From Ignavibacteriales bacterium (GTDB taxonomy: Bacteria > Bacteroidota > Ignavibacteria > UBA10030 > BY39): a stretch of DNA of 62,380 nucleotides. Position 1 is the first letter of the stretch. The number at the start of each line of letters is the position of its first letter. Where the stretch lies: positions 1 to 62,380 of the forward strand of contig JBBINX010000005.1 of NCBI GenBank assembly GCA_037443685.1. Direction: 5' to 3'. The notes below the pieces were generated by a model. It did not search any database, was not told the DNA's origin, and saw only the letters and a program-made list of their open reading frames with translations. Shown here in pieces: positions 7,981 through 18,046 of this stretch. The position numbers were made by a program, and so were the translations under genes.

Positions 7981-10956
7981 ATGAAACGTAGATTACTATT
8001 ATTGTTCACAGTTGTCTTGTTACTGCCTGCGGTTTTATTAGCACAGGACGGTAAACTGCGAGGGAAAATAACAGATATATCTACCGGTGAAGCTTTGATT
8101 GGTGCATCAATTACACTTGATGGTACAACAATAGGTGCTGCTACTGATATTGATGGTGAGTACATTATATTAAGTATTCCACCCGGAACTTACACTTTAC
8201 GGGTTACTTATATTGGTTATGCACCGTATGTCCTCTCGAATGTTCGTGTTTCATCGAACATGACAACGACACAAGATTTTCGCATTACGAGCGAAGCCGT
8301 TCAAGTCGAGGCAGTCGAAATCGTTGCTGAACGTCCTTTAGTTCAACGCAACACTACTAACACTGTTCGTTTGGCAACCCAGGAAGATATAGAGAATCTT
8401 CCTATTCGCGGGCTTGAAAACATATTAGCTCTCGAAGCTGGTGTCGTCCGCCAAGATGGTAATTTATACGTCCGCGGTGGAAGGGCAGGGGAAGTATCTT
8501 ACTTTATTGATGGTGCTGCTGTAACAAATCCAATTACAAATCGCCAAACAGTAACCGTGATACAAGAAGCTGTTGAAGAATTACAACTTCAAGCTGGTGG
8601 TTATACAGCAGAATATGGAGGTTCAAATTCCGCCATCGCAAGAACAACAATTAGAACCGGGGTCGAAAAATTTAAAGGAACATTTGATTTTCAAACTGAT
8701 AATTTTGTAACTCCTGGTACAACTTATTTTGGAGGCTCATCATTTGGATTCACAAATTCAGTATTGACGATTGGTGGTCCAGTCATGAAAAATTTAAAAT
8801 TTTTCTTAGCTGGTCAATACAACTACATAAGAAATAGAGACCAACGAGTAATTTTTCCATTTGAATTCGATAACCTAGTAACTGATATCTCCGATTCAAG
8901 AGGAGCAGGTCAATCATTACCCGGAAAGGTAGCATTCAAAAAGAATTATATACCAGGTAATTACTTACGAAGTTATATAGGTCAAGGGACTCTTTTATAT
9001 GATTTGAATCCATACAAATTCCGTTTTACTGGAAGCTATCAAGCTGATAAGAGTCCATTTGATGCTCGTTGGCCCGTTGCGCTCCAACGAACATTCAATA
9101 ATAAACGGGATAGGATCGATTATACAAATACTGGTTTTGCCAATCTCCGTTTCAACCATTTGTTGAGTCCAAAAACCTTCTACGAACTAGCTGTGAATTA
9201 TCAGAAGAGATTCTTTAAGAGAGTTGATCCTGACTTTGGAGATGATTGGCAATTATATGCAGATAGTGCAGCGAATGCCGATAAAGGTTATACTGGTTTT
9301 AGACGAAAATATCAAGGTCCTCTACCATATTCTGTAATAAAAGGATTTGAGTTCAATCATGAAAATGCTCCAAATAACATTTATACAAAAAATAAACAGT
9401 CTTCAATCGGAATTTCCGGTGATATTACATCTCAGTTAGGGACAAATTGGGAACTTAAAGCTGGTGCCCGTGCCGATATGTGGACTACAAGAAGTTATAC
9501 AATTAATAATATTTCCGGAGCAATGATATTCTTATACGGTGCCGATGGAAAAACTCCACAAGTCTTCCCGGATGAACAAACCCGGCGAGTTTTATTGGCG
9601 AAAACTGCCGCTGGCAATATTAACCACTATGGTTATGATGTCGATGGTAAAGAAACCGATGAAGGACTCGATGCACCACGCAAACCTTTATTTATATCTG
9701 CTTATGTTCAAAATAAATTTGAATACCAAGATTTAATATTGAACCTCGGTGTTCGTTTCGAACATTTTGATACAAAAACAAAAACCTTCAAAGATCCATT
9801 GAATCCAGACATGAATAATTCACTCGATGTTATCGATGAAGATAAATTGGTCGAAGCCGATCCTTTCAATTTATTATTACCACGGTTCAGCTTCTCATTC
9901 CCAGTTACAAATAATACAGTATTTTATGCAATGTACGGGAAGTATGCTCAAATGCCTTCATTAAATCAATTATACGTTGGTAATACTACACTCAGCCGTA
10001 CCGTGAGCGAAATTACACGTGGTAATGCTTTCTTAACTCCAGTCGGATTGTTAATGAAACCCGAAAGAACAACACAATACGAAATGGGATTCAGGCAATC
10101 GTTAACCGACAATTTTGCATTTACGATAAGCGGTTTCTATAAAGATTTAAAAGATCAACTTCAAGTCCGTAGCTATGTAAACGCAGCCGGAAACAAACTT
10201 TTCACAGCTTACTTAAATGAAGATTTTGGAACCGTAAAAGGATTGGAGTTAACTCTTGAATTACGAAGAACAGCTCGTTTGGCTGCAAAATTAAACTATA
10301 CTCTCTCTGATGCTCGTGGTACTGGTTCAAATTCACAATCGTCATTTGGTGCAGTCGAACAAAATATCGGACGACCAACCAATTTCATTAATCCATTAGA
10401 CTTTAATCAAACTCATCGTGGTTCTCTGTTGTTGGATTATCGATTTGGTAAAAATGATGGCGGACCAATCTTAGAAGAATTGGGAGTTAATGCCGTCCTA
10501 ACATTTAACAGTGGTCATAATTATACAAAGACAAAGGAACCAGCTGAATTAGGTCAAGCAAATCCGTGGAACGTTGGTATCCGACCATTAATAGACGCTC
10601 GGTCAAGCTTCCCAGTTGAGCCTTTGAACAGTTCAACAACACCTTGGTTCTTTAACATTGACCTTAGCATAAGTAAGATGGTTAGGGTGCAAGATTTCGG
10701 TATAGAATTTTATTTGAATGTTTTGAACCTGCTCAATACTCAAAATATAATTAATGTTTATCCTTCTACCGGAACTGCCCAAGACGATGGCTGGCTAAGC
10801 AGTACACTAGCTGCATCCTTTAAAGACATTCCAAATTATACTGAATTCTATAAGGCCATTAATTCTCAGAATCGATGGGCGTATGTAACTGCAACAGCCA
10901 ACGATATGTATACTGCTCCGCGCCAAGTTCGTGTCGGTGTTAAGGTCGAATTATAA
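7981..10956 (+). CDS. TonB-dependent outer-membrane receptor with an N-terminal carboxypeptidase-regulatory-like domain
   Basis: Signal peptide present. GKITDISTGEALIGASITLDGTTIGAATDIDGEYIILSIPPGTYTLRVTYIGYAP (CarboxypepD_reg fold). Plug-like region (NLPIRGLENILALEAGV, YVRGGRAGEVSYFIDG). Long beta-barrel with alternating-residue strands. Confidence 0.85.
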   Translation: MKRRLLLLFTVVLLLPAVLLAQDGKLRGKITDISTGEALIGASITLDGTTIGAATDIDGEYIILSIPPGTYTLRVTYIGYAPYVLSNVRVSSNMTTTQDFRITSEAVQVEAVEIVAERPLVQRNTTNTVRLATQEDIENLPIRGLENILALEAGVVRQDGNLYVRGGRAGEVSYFIDGAAVTNPITNRQTVTVIQEAVEELQLQAGGYTAEYGGSNSAIARTTIRTGVEKFKGTFDFQTDNFVTPGTTYFGGSSFGFTNSVLTIGGPVMKNLKFFLAGQYNYIRNRDQRVIFPFEFDNLVTDISDSRGAGQSLPGKVAFKKNYIPGNYLRSYIGQGTLLYDLNPYKFRFTGSYQADKSPFDARWPVALQRTFNNKRDRIDYTNTGFANLRFNHLLSPKTFYELAVNYQKRFFKRVDPDFGDDWQLYADSAANADKGYTGFRRKYQGPLPYSVIKGFEFNHENAPNNIYTKNKQSSIGISGDITSQLGTNWELKAGARADMWTTRSYTINNISGAMIFLYGADGKTPQVFPDEQTRRVLLAKTAAGNINHYGYDVDGKETDEGLDAPRKPLFISAYVQNKFEYQDLILNLGVRFEHFDTKTKTFKDPLNPDMNNSLDVIDEDKLVEADPFNLLLPRFSFSFPVTNNTVFYAMYGKYAQMPSLNQLYVGNTTLSRTVSEITRGNAFLTPVGLLMKPERTTQYEMGFRQSLTDNFAFTISGFYKDLKDQLQVRSYVNAAGNKLFTAYLNEDFGTVKGLELTLELRRTARLAAKLNYTLSDARGTGSNSQSSFGAVEQNIGRPTNFINPLDFNQTHRGSLLLDYRFGKNDGGPILEELGVNAVLTFNSGHNYTKTKEPAELGQANPWNVGIRPLIDARSSFPVEPLNSSTTPWFFNIDLSISKMVRVQDFGIEFYLNVLNLLNTQNIINVYPSTGTAQDDGWLSSTLAASFKDIPNYTEFYKAINSQNRWAYVTATANDMYTAPRQVRVGVKVEL

Positions 10957-10993
10957 TTTATTTTAACAATCAGATAATAGAAGGAATATAAAT

Positions 10994-13900
10994 ATGGAAA
11001 AATATAAATTTAAAGCATTCATATTATTAATGGCACTTGTAGTATCTATTGGGAATTTAGTCTTCAGCGCTGAGGATCCAAATAAAGCTACAAACCATTA
11101 TAATCAATCGTTCCAAAAAGGAACTGGAACTCCTGTCTGGCAAATATTAAATATCAATAATATTTGGACATGGATGCGAGCTGACGGGCAACAAAATCAC
11201 TCACCAACTGCCGACGATGGCGCTTACTTCCCAAGAGGTACAAAATGGGTAATTTATCAAGACGGCTTTGTTTGGGGGGGTAAGGCATTCTTAGATGAGG
11301 CTTTAACTCAACCTGCTCCAATTCATGCTGAACCTATAAGAATCGGTGGCCAAACCTATAATATTGGTACCCGTGCAGGTCGGATTATCGGTTCCGGTGC
11401 AACAGCAGTTGCTGCTGATCCTGCTGCTGCAGATGTTAGAATTTACAGAATTCGGAGAGACTATTTTACGATGAAAGTAGAAGAATTAAAACGAGATGCC
11501 GCCGAATCATACGAAATTCCAATAGACAATGTGTCATCTGCACAGATGGCTGCAATTACTGCTCAATACGCCCTCGATTGGAACGAATGGCCTGTAGCTT
11601 ATGGCGCACCTTATATCGAGCGAAATGGAATTGCAGGATATCAAAAACCACCTGCGTTCTCTACTAATTTTACGGTTGATTCACTTATTGCCCATAATTA
11701 CGATGAACCAGGTTTAGCTGGTGCCGACCCAAATTCTCCTGCAGATCAAGTTATCTGGACAGTAATAAATGATTTAGATAGAAGTGCAACACTCGGCTTA
11801 TTCGGTTCAGAACCTTTGGGTTTAGAAGCTCAAATTACTCTCTGGGGTTACAAACGAACCGATGCAATGGGAAATTTGTACTTTAAAAAAATTAAATTTA
11901 CAAACAAAGGTGGTGTTGATATCGGCGGCGGTACAAAGGGCTCATTCTATATCGATAGTATGTTCATCGCTCAATGGTCAGATCCCGATTTAGGTGCCTT
12001 TGGTGACGACCTCTGTGGTACTGACTCAGTATTAAGTCTTGGATTTGTCTACAATGGCTTACCAGTCGATGCAGAATTCAATAAATTCAAATTACCTCCA
12101 CCAGCGGTGGGTTACGATTTCTTACAAGGACCATTAGTTCCTGGTTTACCAAGCGATTCTGGTGTGTTTAATTTACGAAGAGTTTACGGAAAGAAGAACC
12201 TCCCATTAACATCATTTGCATATTTCTCTGCTGGTTCTGGTATCTCGGATCCACCGTTCACTCGCGAAGGTGGCTTGAGGTGGTGGAGAATGTTGCAAGG
12301 TTTTGTACCCGATGCATCTACAGCCACTTGGAGATTATATCCTCATCCGACAGGAATGACTTTAACGAAATTCCCATTGTCAGGTGAGCCCACAACAAGA
12401 TCCGGTTTTATTGATGGGTTGGGGACGGCGTGGTCATTAGCCCCTGGCGACAGACGTATTGTGTTAAATAGTGGTCCGTTCAGGTTGAATCCCGGTGATA
12501 TCCAAGAAATCGTTGTTGGTACAGTAGCTGGTCTTGGTTCAGATCGCTTATCAAGTGTATCTGTTATGAAATTTAACGATAGATTTGTACAAAACACTTA
12601 TAACGCATTATTCGTAGTTCCAAAACCGCCAAAAGCTCCAAAAGTTACGGTAGCAGAATTAGATGGTCAGGTTATATTAGAATGGGGTAGTGACCAAACT
12701 GCTGTAAATTCTACAGAAATTCCTGTAAACTTTCCGGGTGGATATAAATTTGAGGGTTACAATGTTTATCAATTACCAAGCCGCTCTTCTTCATTATCAG
12801 AAGGTAAGCGGATTGCAACATACGATTTGACAACAGATCCAACTGTAATACTTAACGAAGATTTTGATGTTGCGTCCGGTCAAATACTTTTAAAACCAAT
12901 TCAATTTGGAACAAACAGTGGAATTACCAGAAATTTCAATTTTACACGTGACTATGTTAAAGATATTGACAAGATTTATAATGGGCAAGAATATTATCTT
13001 GTAGTGACTGCATATAGTTATTCTACAGTAACAGGTTATTTACCGACTTCATTAGAGTCAGAACCAACTGTATTAACGGTGCGTCCACAATCTGGTGTTG
13101 GTGTTAAATATACCGGTGTACATGGTAAGTTAGCTCCCGCAACAAGTGTCGGTGCATTTAATGATGGTTTTGTGAATGCTTTGATTATAAATCCAAAGGT
13201 AACAACTGGTGCAGAGTACGAAGTTAGTTTTACTCCAATCCCGACGAATCCAACTAAAATGCAATGGTCACTTAAAAATTTATCGAATAATGTTGTTCAT
13301 GGTCCATTTAAAAATTTAGGTGCGGCACTTGGTGGCAACATCTATGAATATCCTATAATCGATGGTATATTCTGGGAAGTTGCCGGTCCGCCAAGTGAAG
13401 TAAAAGATTTTAAAAGGATCGGTGAAATTGCAAAAAGCGACAGTGTACGAATTCACGGAGGAATGACAACAACTTCCGGCTTAACTGGTCCTTATTGGGT
13501 TGGTGAAGGTGGTAGTGGTATATTTGGTGGTGTATCTACATCGCGTGCGAAAGCTGCGGATATGAAAAATGTAATTATCGTATTTGACGAAACAGTCTCT
13601 CCGGCACAAAGAATGGCTTATAGGTATGTCCGTGCTGGACAAAACGCTAAAGCTGATCCCCGTTATACTGATCCTCCATACGGTCGTACCACCTATACAA
13701 CCTCGTCGTGGGGTTATTGCGATACAGCAGTTGTGCCATTCAGAGCTTTTCGTTATGATCCTGAAGCTGGTATTACAACACCAGTTCAGCTCGCAGTTGG
13801 TTTCTCTGAAAATAATGTAGCTGGATGCTGGGTAGATGGCAGATTTGGCCCAACGAACGGTACAGCATCACTTGCAGAAGGTGGGCGGGAATTTTTAATC

Positions 13901-14515
13901 GTATTCAATAAACCATACGACGCAACGATGATGCAAGATGAATATAAATATAACATATTGGGTACTGCGGCAAGTCCTTATGGTGCAGAAGGTTGGCACG
14001 ACGCTACATTTGTATATTGGTTCAGAAGTACTAAGTTATACAGTATAGCAGCATTAGCAGCTGGAGACGAAGTACCAAAAATTTGGAAAAATGGAGATTC
14101 ACTACTAACTAAAGCAAATCACGTATTAAGCACAGCTGTGAAATTCATTGTAAAATCACCTAATATTATTTCGAATGACGAATTACTGAAACAAGATGTC
14201 GCTAAAATTGGTGTTTATCCAAATCCATATTATGCATACAACCCAGCAGAGACAAATAGATTCGTACGATTTGTAACATTCAATAAATTACCAACTAAAG
14301 CTACAATTAGAATATTTAATGTTGCTGGTATTTTGGTCCGAACAATACAGAAAGATGATCCTTCACAATTTCTAAGATGGGATCTGAATAACGAAGATAA
14401 CTTCCCTGTAGCAAGTGGTATGTATATTGTTCATGTTGATCTGCCAGACATTGGACAATCAAAGGTGCTCAAATTAGCAATTATACAAGAGCAAGAAGTA
14501 CCTGAGGTATTTTAA
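10994..14515 (+). CDS. 1173-aa secreted orphan surface protein with an FN3-like segment and a T9SS-type C-terminal sorting domain
   Basis: Signal peptide MEKYKFKAFILLMALVVSIGNLVFSA. I recognise no catalytic motif. FN3-like PPKAPKVTVAELDGQVILEWGSD...YKFEGYNVYQ. C-terminal domain as in feature 1. The gene starts 37 nt after the receptor gene ends. Confidence 0.8.
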   Translation: MEKYKFKAFILLMALVVSIGNLVFSAEDPNKATNHYNQSFQKGTGTPVWQILNINNIWTWMRADGQQNHSPTADDGAYFPRGTKWVIYQDGFVWGGKAFLDEALTQPAPIHAEPIRIGGQTYNIGTRAGRIIGSGATAVAADPAAADVRIYRIRRDYFTMKVEELKRDAAESYEIPIDNVSSAQMAAITAQYALDWNEWPVAYGAPYIERNGIAGYQKPPAFSTNFTVDSLIAHNYDEPGLAGADPNSPADQVIWTVINDLDRSATLGLFGSEPLGLEAQITLWGYKRTDAMGNLYFKKIKFTNKGGVDIGGGTKGSFYIDSMFIAQWSDPDLGAFGDDLCGTDSVLSLGFVYNGLPVDAEFNKFKLPPPAVGYDFLQGPLVPGLPSDSGVFNLRRVYGKKNLPLTSFAYFSAGSGISDPPFTREGGLRWWRMLQGFVPDASTATWRLYPHPTGMTLTKFPLSGEPTTRSGFIDGLGTAWSLAPGDRRIVLNSGPFRLNPGDIQEIVVGTVAGLGSDRLSSVSVMKFNDRFVQNTYNALFVVPKPPKAPKVTVAELDGQVILEWGSDQTAVNSTEIPVNFPGGYKFEGYNVYQLPSRSSSLSEGKRIATYDLTTDPTVILNEDFDVASGQILLKPIQFGTNSGITRNFNFTRDYVKDIDKIYNGQEYYLVVTAYSYSTVTGYLPTSLESEPTVLTVRPQSGVGVKYTGVHGKLAPATSVGAFNDGFVNALIINPKVTTGAEYEVSFTPIPTNPTKMQWSLKNLSNNVVHGPFKNLGAALGGNIYEYPIIDGIFWEVAGPPSEVKDFKRIGEIAKSDSVRIHGGMTTTSGLTGPYWVGEGGSGIFGGVSTSRAKAADMKNVIIVFDETVSPAQRMAYRYVRAGQNAKADPRYTDPPYGRTTYTTSSWGYCDTAVVPFRAFRYDPEAGITTPVQLAVGFSENNVAGCWVDGRFGPTNGTASLAEGGREFLIVFNKPYDATMMQDEYKYNILGTAASPYGAEGWHDATFVYWFRSTKLYSIAALAAGDEVPKIWKNGDSLLTKANHVLSTAVKFIVKSPNIISNDELLKQDVAKIGVYPNPYYAYNPAETNRFVRFVTFNKLPTKATIRIFNVAGILVRTIQKDDPSQFLRWDLNNEDNFPVASGMYIVHVDLPDIGQSKVLKLAIIQEQEVPEVF

Positions 14516-14552
14516 CCATACGGATCAATAACAAATAATAGGAGATAACAAA

Positions 14553-15599
14553 ATGAAAACAAAAACATTTATAAGTATATTGGTATTCTGTGTGGTGATG
14601 TTTGGTGTTATTGATGTCGCACACGCACAGAATAAAAGAATTGGTACTGCTGCTGCGGCTGAATTATTGATTCCTGTTGGAGCGAGAGATCTCGCTATGG
14701 GTGGCTCAACTTTAGCAAGTACAGTTGGGGCAGAAGCAATACATTGGAACCCAGCAGGCTTAAGTAAAATGAAAAATACTGCCGAAGGTATGTTCTCGAA
14801 TATGTCATACATTGGTGATATTGGAGTTAACTATGGTGCAGTCGGTGTTAATTTTGGGGATTTTGGTATAGTTGGGTTAAGTTTAAAATCGCTTAATTTT
14901 GGTGATATTCCGTTAACCACAAACGAAGACCCTGAAGGATTAACCGGAAGATTATTTTCTCCAACCTACTTTACACTCGGTTTGACATACTCAAAAGCTC
15001 TTACTGATGAAATTTCAGCCGGCACAAATATTAAGCTTATTTCTGAACAAATTGATAGAGTGTCAGCATCAGGAATTGCATTCGATTTTGGTATTCAATA
15101 CAATAATTTGGCGAATATCACAGGGTTAAACATCGGTGTAGCTATAAAAAATATTGGGCCCCAATTACAATACGATGGTCCAGGTTTATATCGTAATGCA
15201 ATATCGAGCGATGGTCGTCGACCAGAACAAAAGTATAAGAGTCAAGCTGCTACTTTTGAATTACCGTCACTCATTGAAATCGGTGTCGCTTACATCAACA
15301 AATTCAGTGATAATATGATTTCCAGTTTTAACTCATCTTTCACTAATAACAACCTATACGTTGATGAATATAAGATTGGTGCTGAGTTTGGATATTTCTT
15401 AGAATCAATAAAATTATTTGGCCGCGGGGGTATCGCATTAACACCTGACCTCGAAACCAAAGAAAATATTTTTGGTCCGACATTTGGTATCGGCATAGTA
15501 TACACGACCCCTAGTCTGGATATCACAGTCGATTATGCATACAGACAAACTGAATTCTTCGACGGAAATAATGTATTATCAGTAAAACTCGGTTTCTAA
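14553..15599 (+). CDS. PorV/PorQ-family outer-membrane beta-barrel protein, copy 2
   Basis: Signal peptide ending VAHAQ. AAAELLIPVGARDLAMGG....EAIHWNPAGL. Paralog of 2691..3719. Ends with the beta-barrel-like terminal strand VLSVKLGF. Confidence 0.75.
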   Translation: MKTKTFISILVFCVVMFGVIDVAHAQNKRIGTAAAAELLIPVGARDLAMGGSTLASTVGAEAIHWNPAGLSKMKNTAEGMFSNMSYIGDIGVNYGAVGVNFGDFGIVGLSLKSLNFGDIPLTTNEDPEGLTGRLFSPTYFTLGLTYSKALTDEISAGTNIKLISEQIDRVSASGIAFDFGIQYNNLANITGLNIGVAIKNIGPQLQYDGPGLYRNAISSDGRRPEQKYKSQAATFELPSLIEIGVAYINKFSDNMISSFNSSFTNNNLYVDEYKIGAEFGYFLESIKLFGRGGIALTPDLETKENIFGPTFGIGIVYTTPSLDITVDYAYRQTEFFDGNNVLSVKLGF

Positions 15600-15629
15600 T
15601 TCTGGTCGTAGATCCATCGTTAACTATTC

Positions 15630-15656
15630 AAAGGCTGGCCATTTGGGTCAGCCTTT
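15630..15656 (+). terminator. Terminator-like hairpin closing the receptor/cargo/PorV-like unit
   Basis: aaaggctg / cagccttt 8-bp stem, extendable by inner gcc/ggt pairs, followed by a weak T-rich tail. Confidence 0.5.
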
Positions 15657-15682
15657 GTTATATTTATTATAATTAAAGGCTA

Positions 15683-17998
15683 ATGGAAAAAATTACACTT
15701 AAATTCGTTTTATCAGTTTTATTATTATTTCAAATAGTTCAAATTACTGCATCGCAAGTAACTACATATTTTCCCGAGCTTGGGAAAACAGCACTCTATC
15801 AACATTCATTAGAATTACGCAACAATCTAAAAGTACTGAGTATAGCCATTAAACCAGGATACGAAGATTTAACCGCTTTGTCGTATCTTAGGTTAGCAAA
15901 GGGCGCAAAGATTACGAGTGTCTATGTTACCAATGGTGAAGCTGGCGAAAGTGATTTATGTTTTGAATACCCTCATCGTTTTGCTGCTCGATTGAGAGAA
16001 GAAGCGAATCAAGCAATCTCTATAATTGACGGAGAAGTTTATTTTCTATCTTTCCCTGATATAATATCCGCTAAAGATTCAGTAAAAATATTATCACTTT
16101 GGCCACGGGATAAGTTGTTTGCTCGATTGAAAGAATTAATATCAAATTTTAAACCTGATATTATACTTTTAGCTAGAGACTTGAAGTTCGGAGGGGAAAG
16201 TCCACTATTGGAATTTTTAAAAAATGAATTAATGAATGCCTGCTTTGAGATTTCTGAGAATAATTTGCAACAAATCCGACTATTTTATGATGATCCTGCA
16301 AAAAAGGGAATAGTATTACCTATCCAAGATAAATACAGGGTGGCTGCGAAATCGTATAAGCAAATTGGAGAAGAGGCTGGTCTAGCGTATAAATCTATAC
16401 AATATCAATTGACTAATTATAAAAAATCTGTCGTATCATCATATACGCTTCTTCTGCCTAAGAAATTACATGCAATAAAAGTAATTGATAAAGGTTTACC
16501 GATTATAAATTCAAAATTATTGCGCTCCCTCCATAGTCGTATTAATACTTTGACGGATGCAACTATTAAAGGTGATCGGACAATATCAATCGGCAATAAT
16601 AAATCAACAGGTGTTTTGAAATTAATTGTGGAAATAACAGATAGTTTAGATTATCTCCTTATAACCCGAGGACTTATTAATGAATATGAGAGGTCTATAG
16701 TATTAGATTGGAAAAGTGGATTAGATAAATTAAAAAATACTTTGCTTGGTGTTACGGTGAATTATTCTATAAGTGAAACAGTATTAACAGAAAGGCAATT
16801 AACTTATATAAATATTAATAATGTTTCAGGATTAAGTAATAATGGAACAACAGAAATTTATTTTCCAGCAGCCAGCGAAGGTTGGATAATCAATGAAGAT
16901 ATCCAAAAGAAATTGAGTTTAACTTTAGATCAAAATTATCGTTTAGTCTCACCTGAAAAACTCGAATATAATTATCCTCATGCTGAATATGGTATATCTA
17001 AACATACGATAGGAAATCCTTTTATATTTTTTGTTATTCATCGGGCACACAGCAAAGAAAATAGTTTTATTCATAAAACAGTGTTGAGATTGAATTATGC
17101 CCCCCGCTTCGTAACTGAGATACTTACTCCCATAGTTAAAGTATGCTCAGGTGAAAAATTAATATTTAAATTAACTAATAATTCCAGAGATGGAGTTGCT
17201 GACAAAGTTGTTATACAAGATCCAATAGTTCAATCAAGGCCATCTCAATTCAGATTAAATTACAAAGGAGCAGAACATCAGGATACTCTATTGTTGAATT
17301 GGAATATAGATATTCCCGAAAATAATTATTTAATCTCATTGAATATAGACGATACAAAGATTGCTCGTTTCGCTGCTAGAAAATTTGATTTTAAAGTCGA
17401 CACAACGAAGAAAGTAGGAATAATTAAATCGTTAGTAAATTCTCCAATCACTGAAGTCCTTAGAAGATTAAATATAAAGTATCTGGATATTTCCTCTGTA
17501 AATATTGATGAAAATAATTTTATGTTTGATGTTATTATTATCGATAGAGGAGCAATGACTAGTAACGATAAAATCATTAGAAACAAATCGGAATTATTAC
17601 GTTTTGTTGAAAATGGGGGACATTTATTAATATTATCTCAAGATTCGAAGGTCTGGAATAAAAATCCGTTAGTTGATGATTTTCAATTGAAATCCGTTTT
17701 TAATTTAGATGAAACAATACCGATCGAGATAGATTCTGGTCATAAAATAAATAATATACCTAATCAAATTAAAATTGATGATTTTGATAATTGGATATAT
17801 TTAAATAGTTACAATAGGGTTACAATTTCTTCTGATCTATCTGTCGCTGTACCGCTGCGATCATTGAATTCCCCGCTATTAGTATCGAAGTTCCAAGGAA
17901 AAGGTAAGATAACTTATGTCGATTTAGCTTTCCATCACCAATGGATCAATATCCATCCCGGGTCGTTCAGATTGCTTGCAAATTTAATCGCTTATTGA
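15683..17998 (+). CDS. Secreted 771-aa protein: N-terminal PIG-L/LmbE-like fold with degenerate metal-ligand motifs, C-terminal class-I-glutamine-amidotransferase-like/ThuA-like module
   Basis: LKVLSIAIKPGYEDL....AKGAKITSVYVTNGEAGESD parallels the LmbE pattern (vl.i.aHPDDe....G..v..v..T.G..G), but HPDD is replaced by KPGYED. C-terminal FDVIIIDRGAMTS...LLRFVENGGHLLILSQD. The domain calls are by eye only. Confidence 0.4.
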   Translation: MEKITLKFVLSVLLLFQIVQITASQVTTYFPELGKTALYQHSLELRNNLKVLSIAIKPGYEDLTALSYLRLAKGAKITSVYVTNGEAGESDLCFEYPHRFAARLREEANQAISIIDGEVYFLSFPDIISAKDSVKILSLWPRDKLFARLKELISNFKPDIILLARDLKFGGESPLLEFLKNELMNACFEISENNLQQIRLFYDDPAKKGIVLPIQDKYRVAAKSYKQIGEEAGLAYKSIQYQLTNYKKSVVSSYTLLLPKKLHAIKVIDKGLPIINSKLLRSLHSRINTLTDATIKGDRTISIGNNKSTGVLKLIVEITDSLDYLLITRGLINEYERSIVLDWKSGLDKLKNTLLGVTVNYSISETVLTERQLTYININNVSGLSNNGTTEIYFPAASEGWIINEDIQKKLSLTLDQNYRLVSPEKLEYNYPHAEYGISKHTIGNPFIFFVIHRAHSKENSFIHKTVLRLNYAPRFVTEILTPIVKVCSGEKLIFKLTNNSRDGVADKVVIQDPIVQSRPSQFRLNYKGAEHQDTLLLNWNIDIPENNYLISLNIDDTKIARFAARKFDFKVDTTKKVGIIKSLVNSPITEVLRRLNIKYLDISSVNIDENNFMFDVIIIDRGAMTSNDKIIRNKSELLRFVENGGHLLILSQDSKVWNKNPLVDDFQLKSVFNLDETIPIEIDSGHKINNIPNQIKIDDFDNWIYLNSYNRVTISSDLSVAVPLRSLNSPLLVSKFQGKGKITYVDLAFHHQWINIHPGSFRLLANLIAY

Positions 17999-18046
17999 TT
18001 AATACAAAATTAATAATATTTTATTATATTCATATTGTAAATAAAT

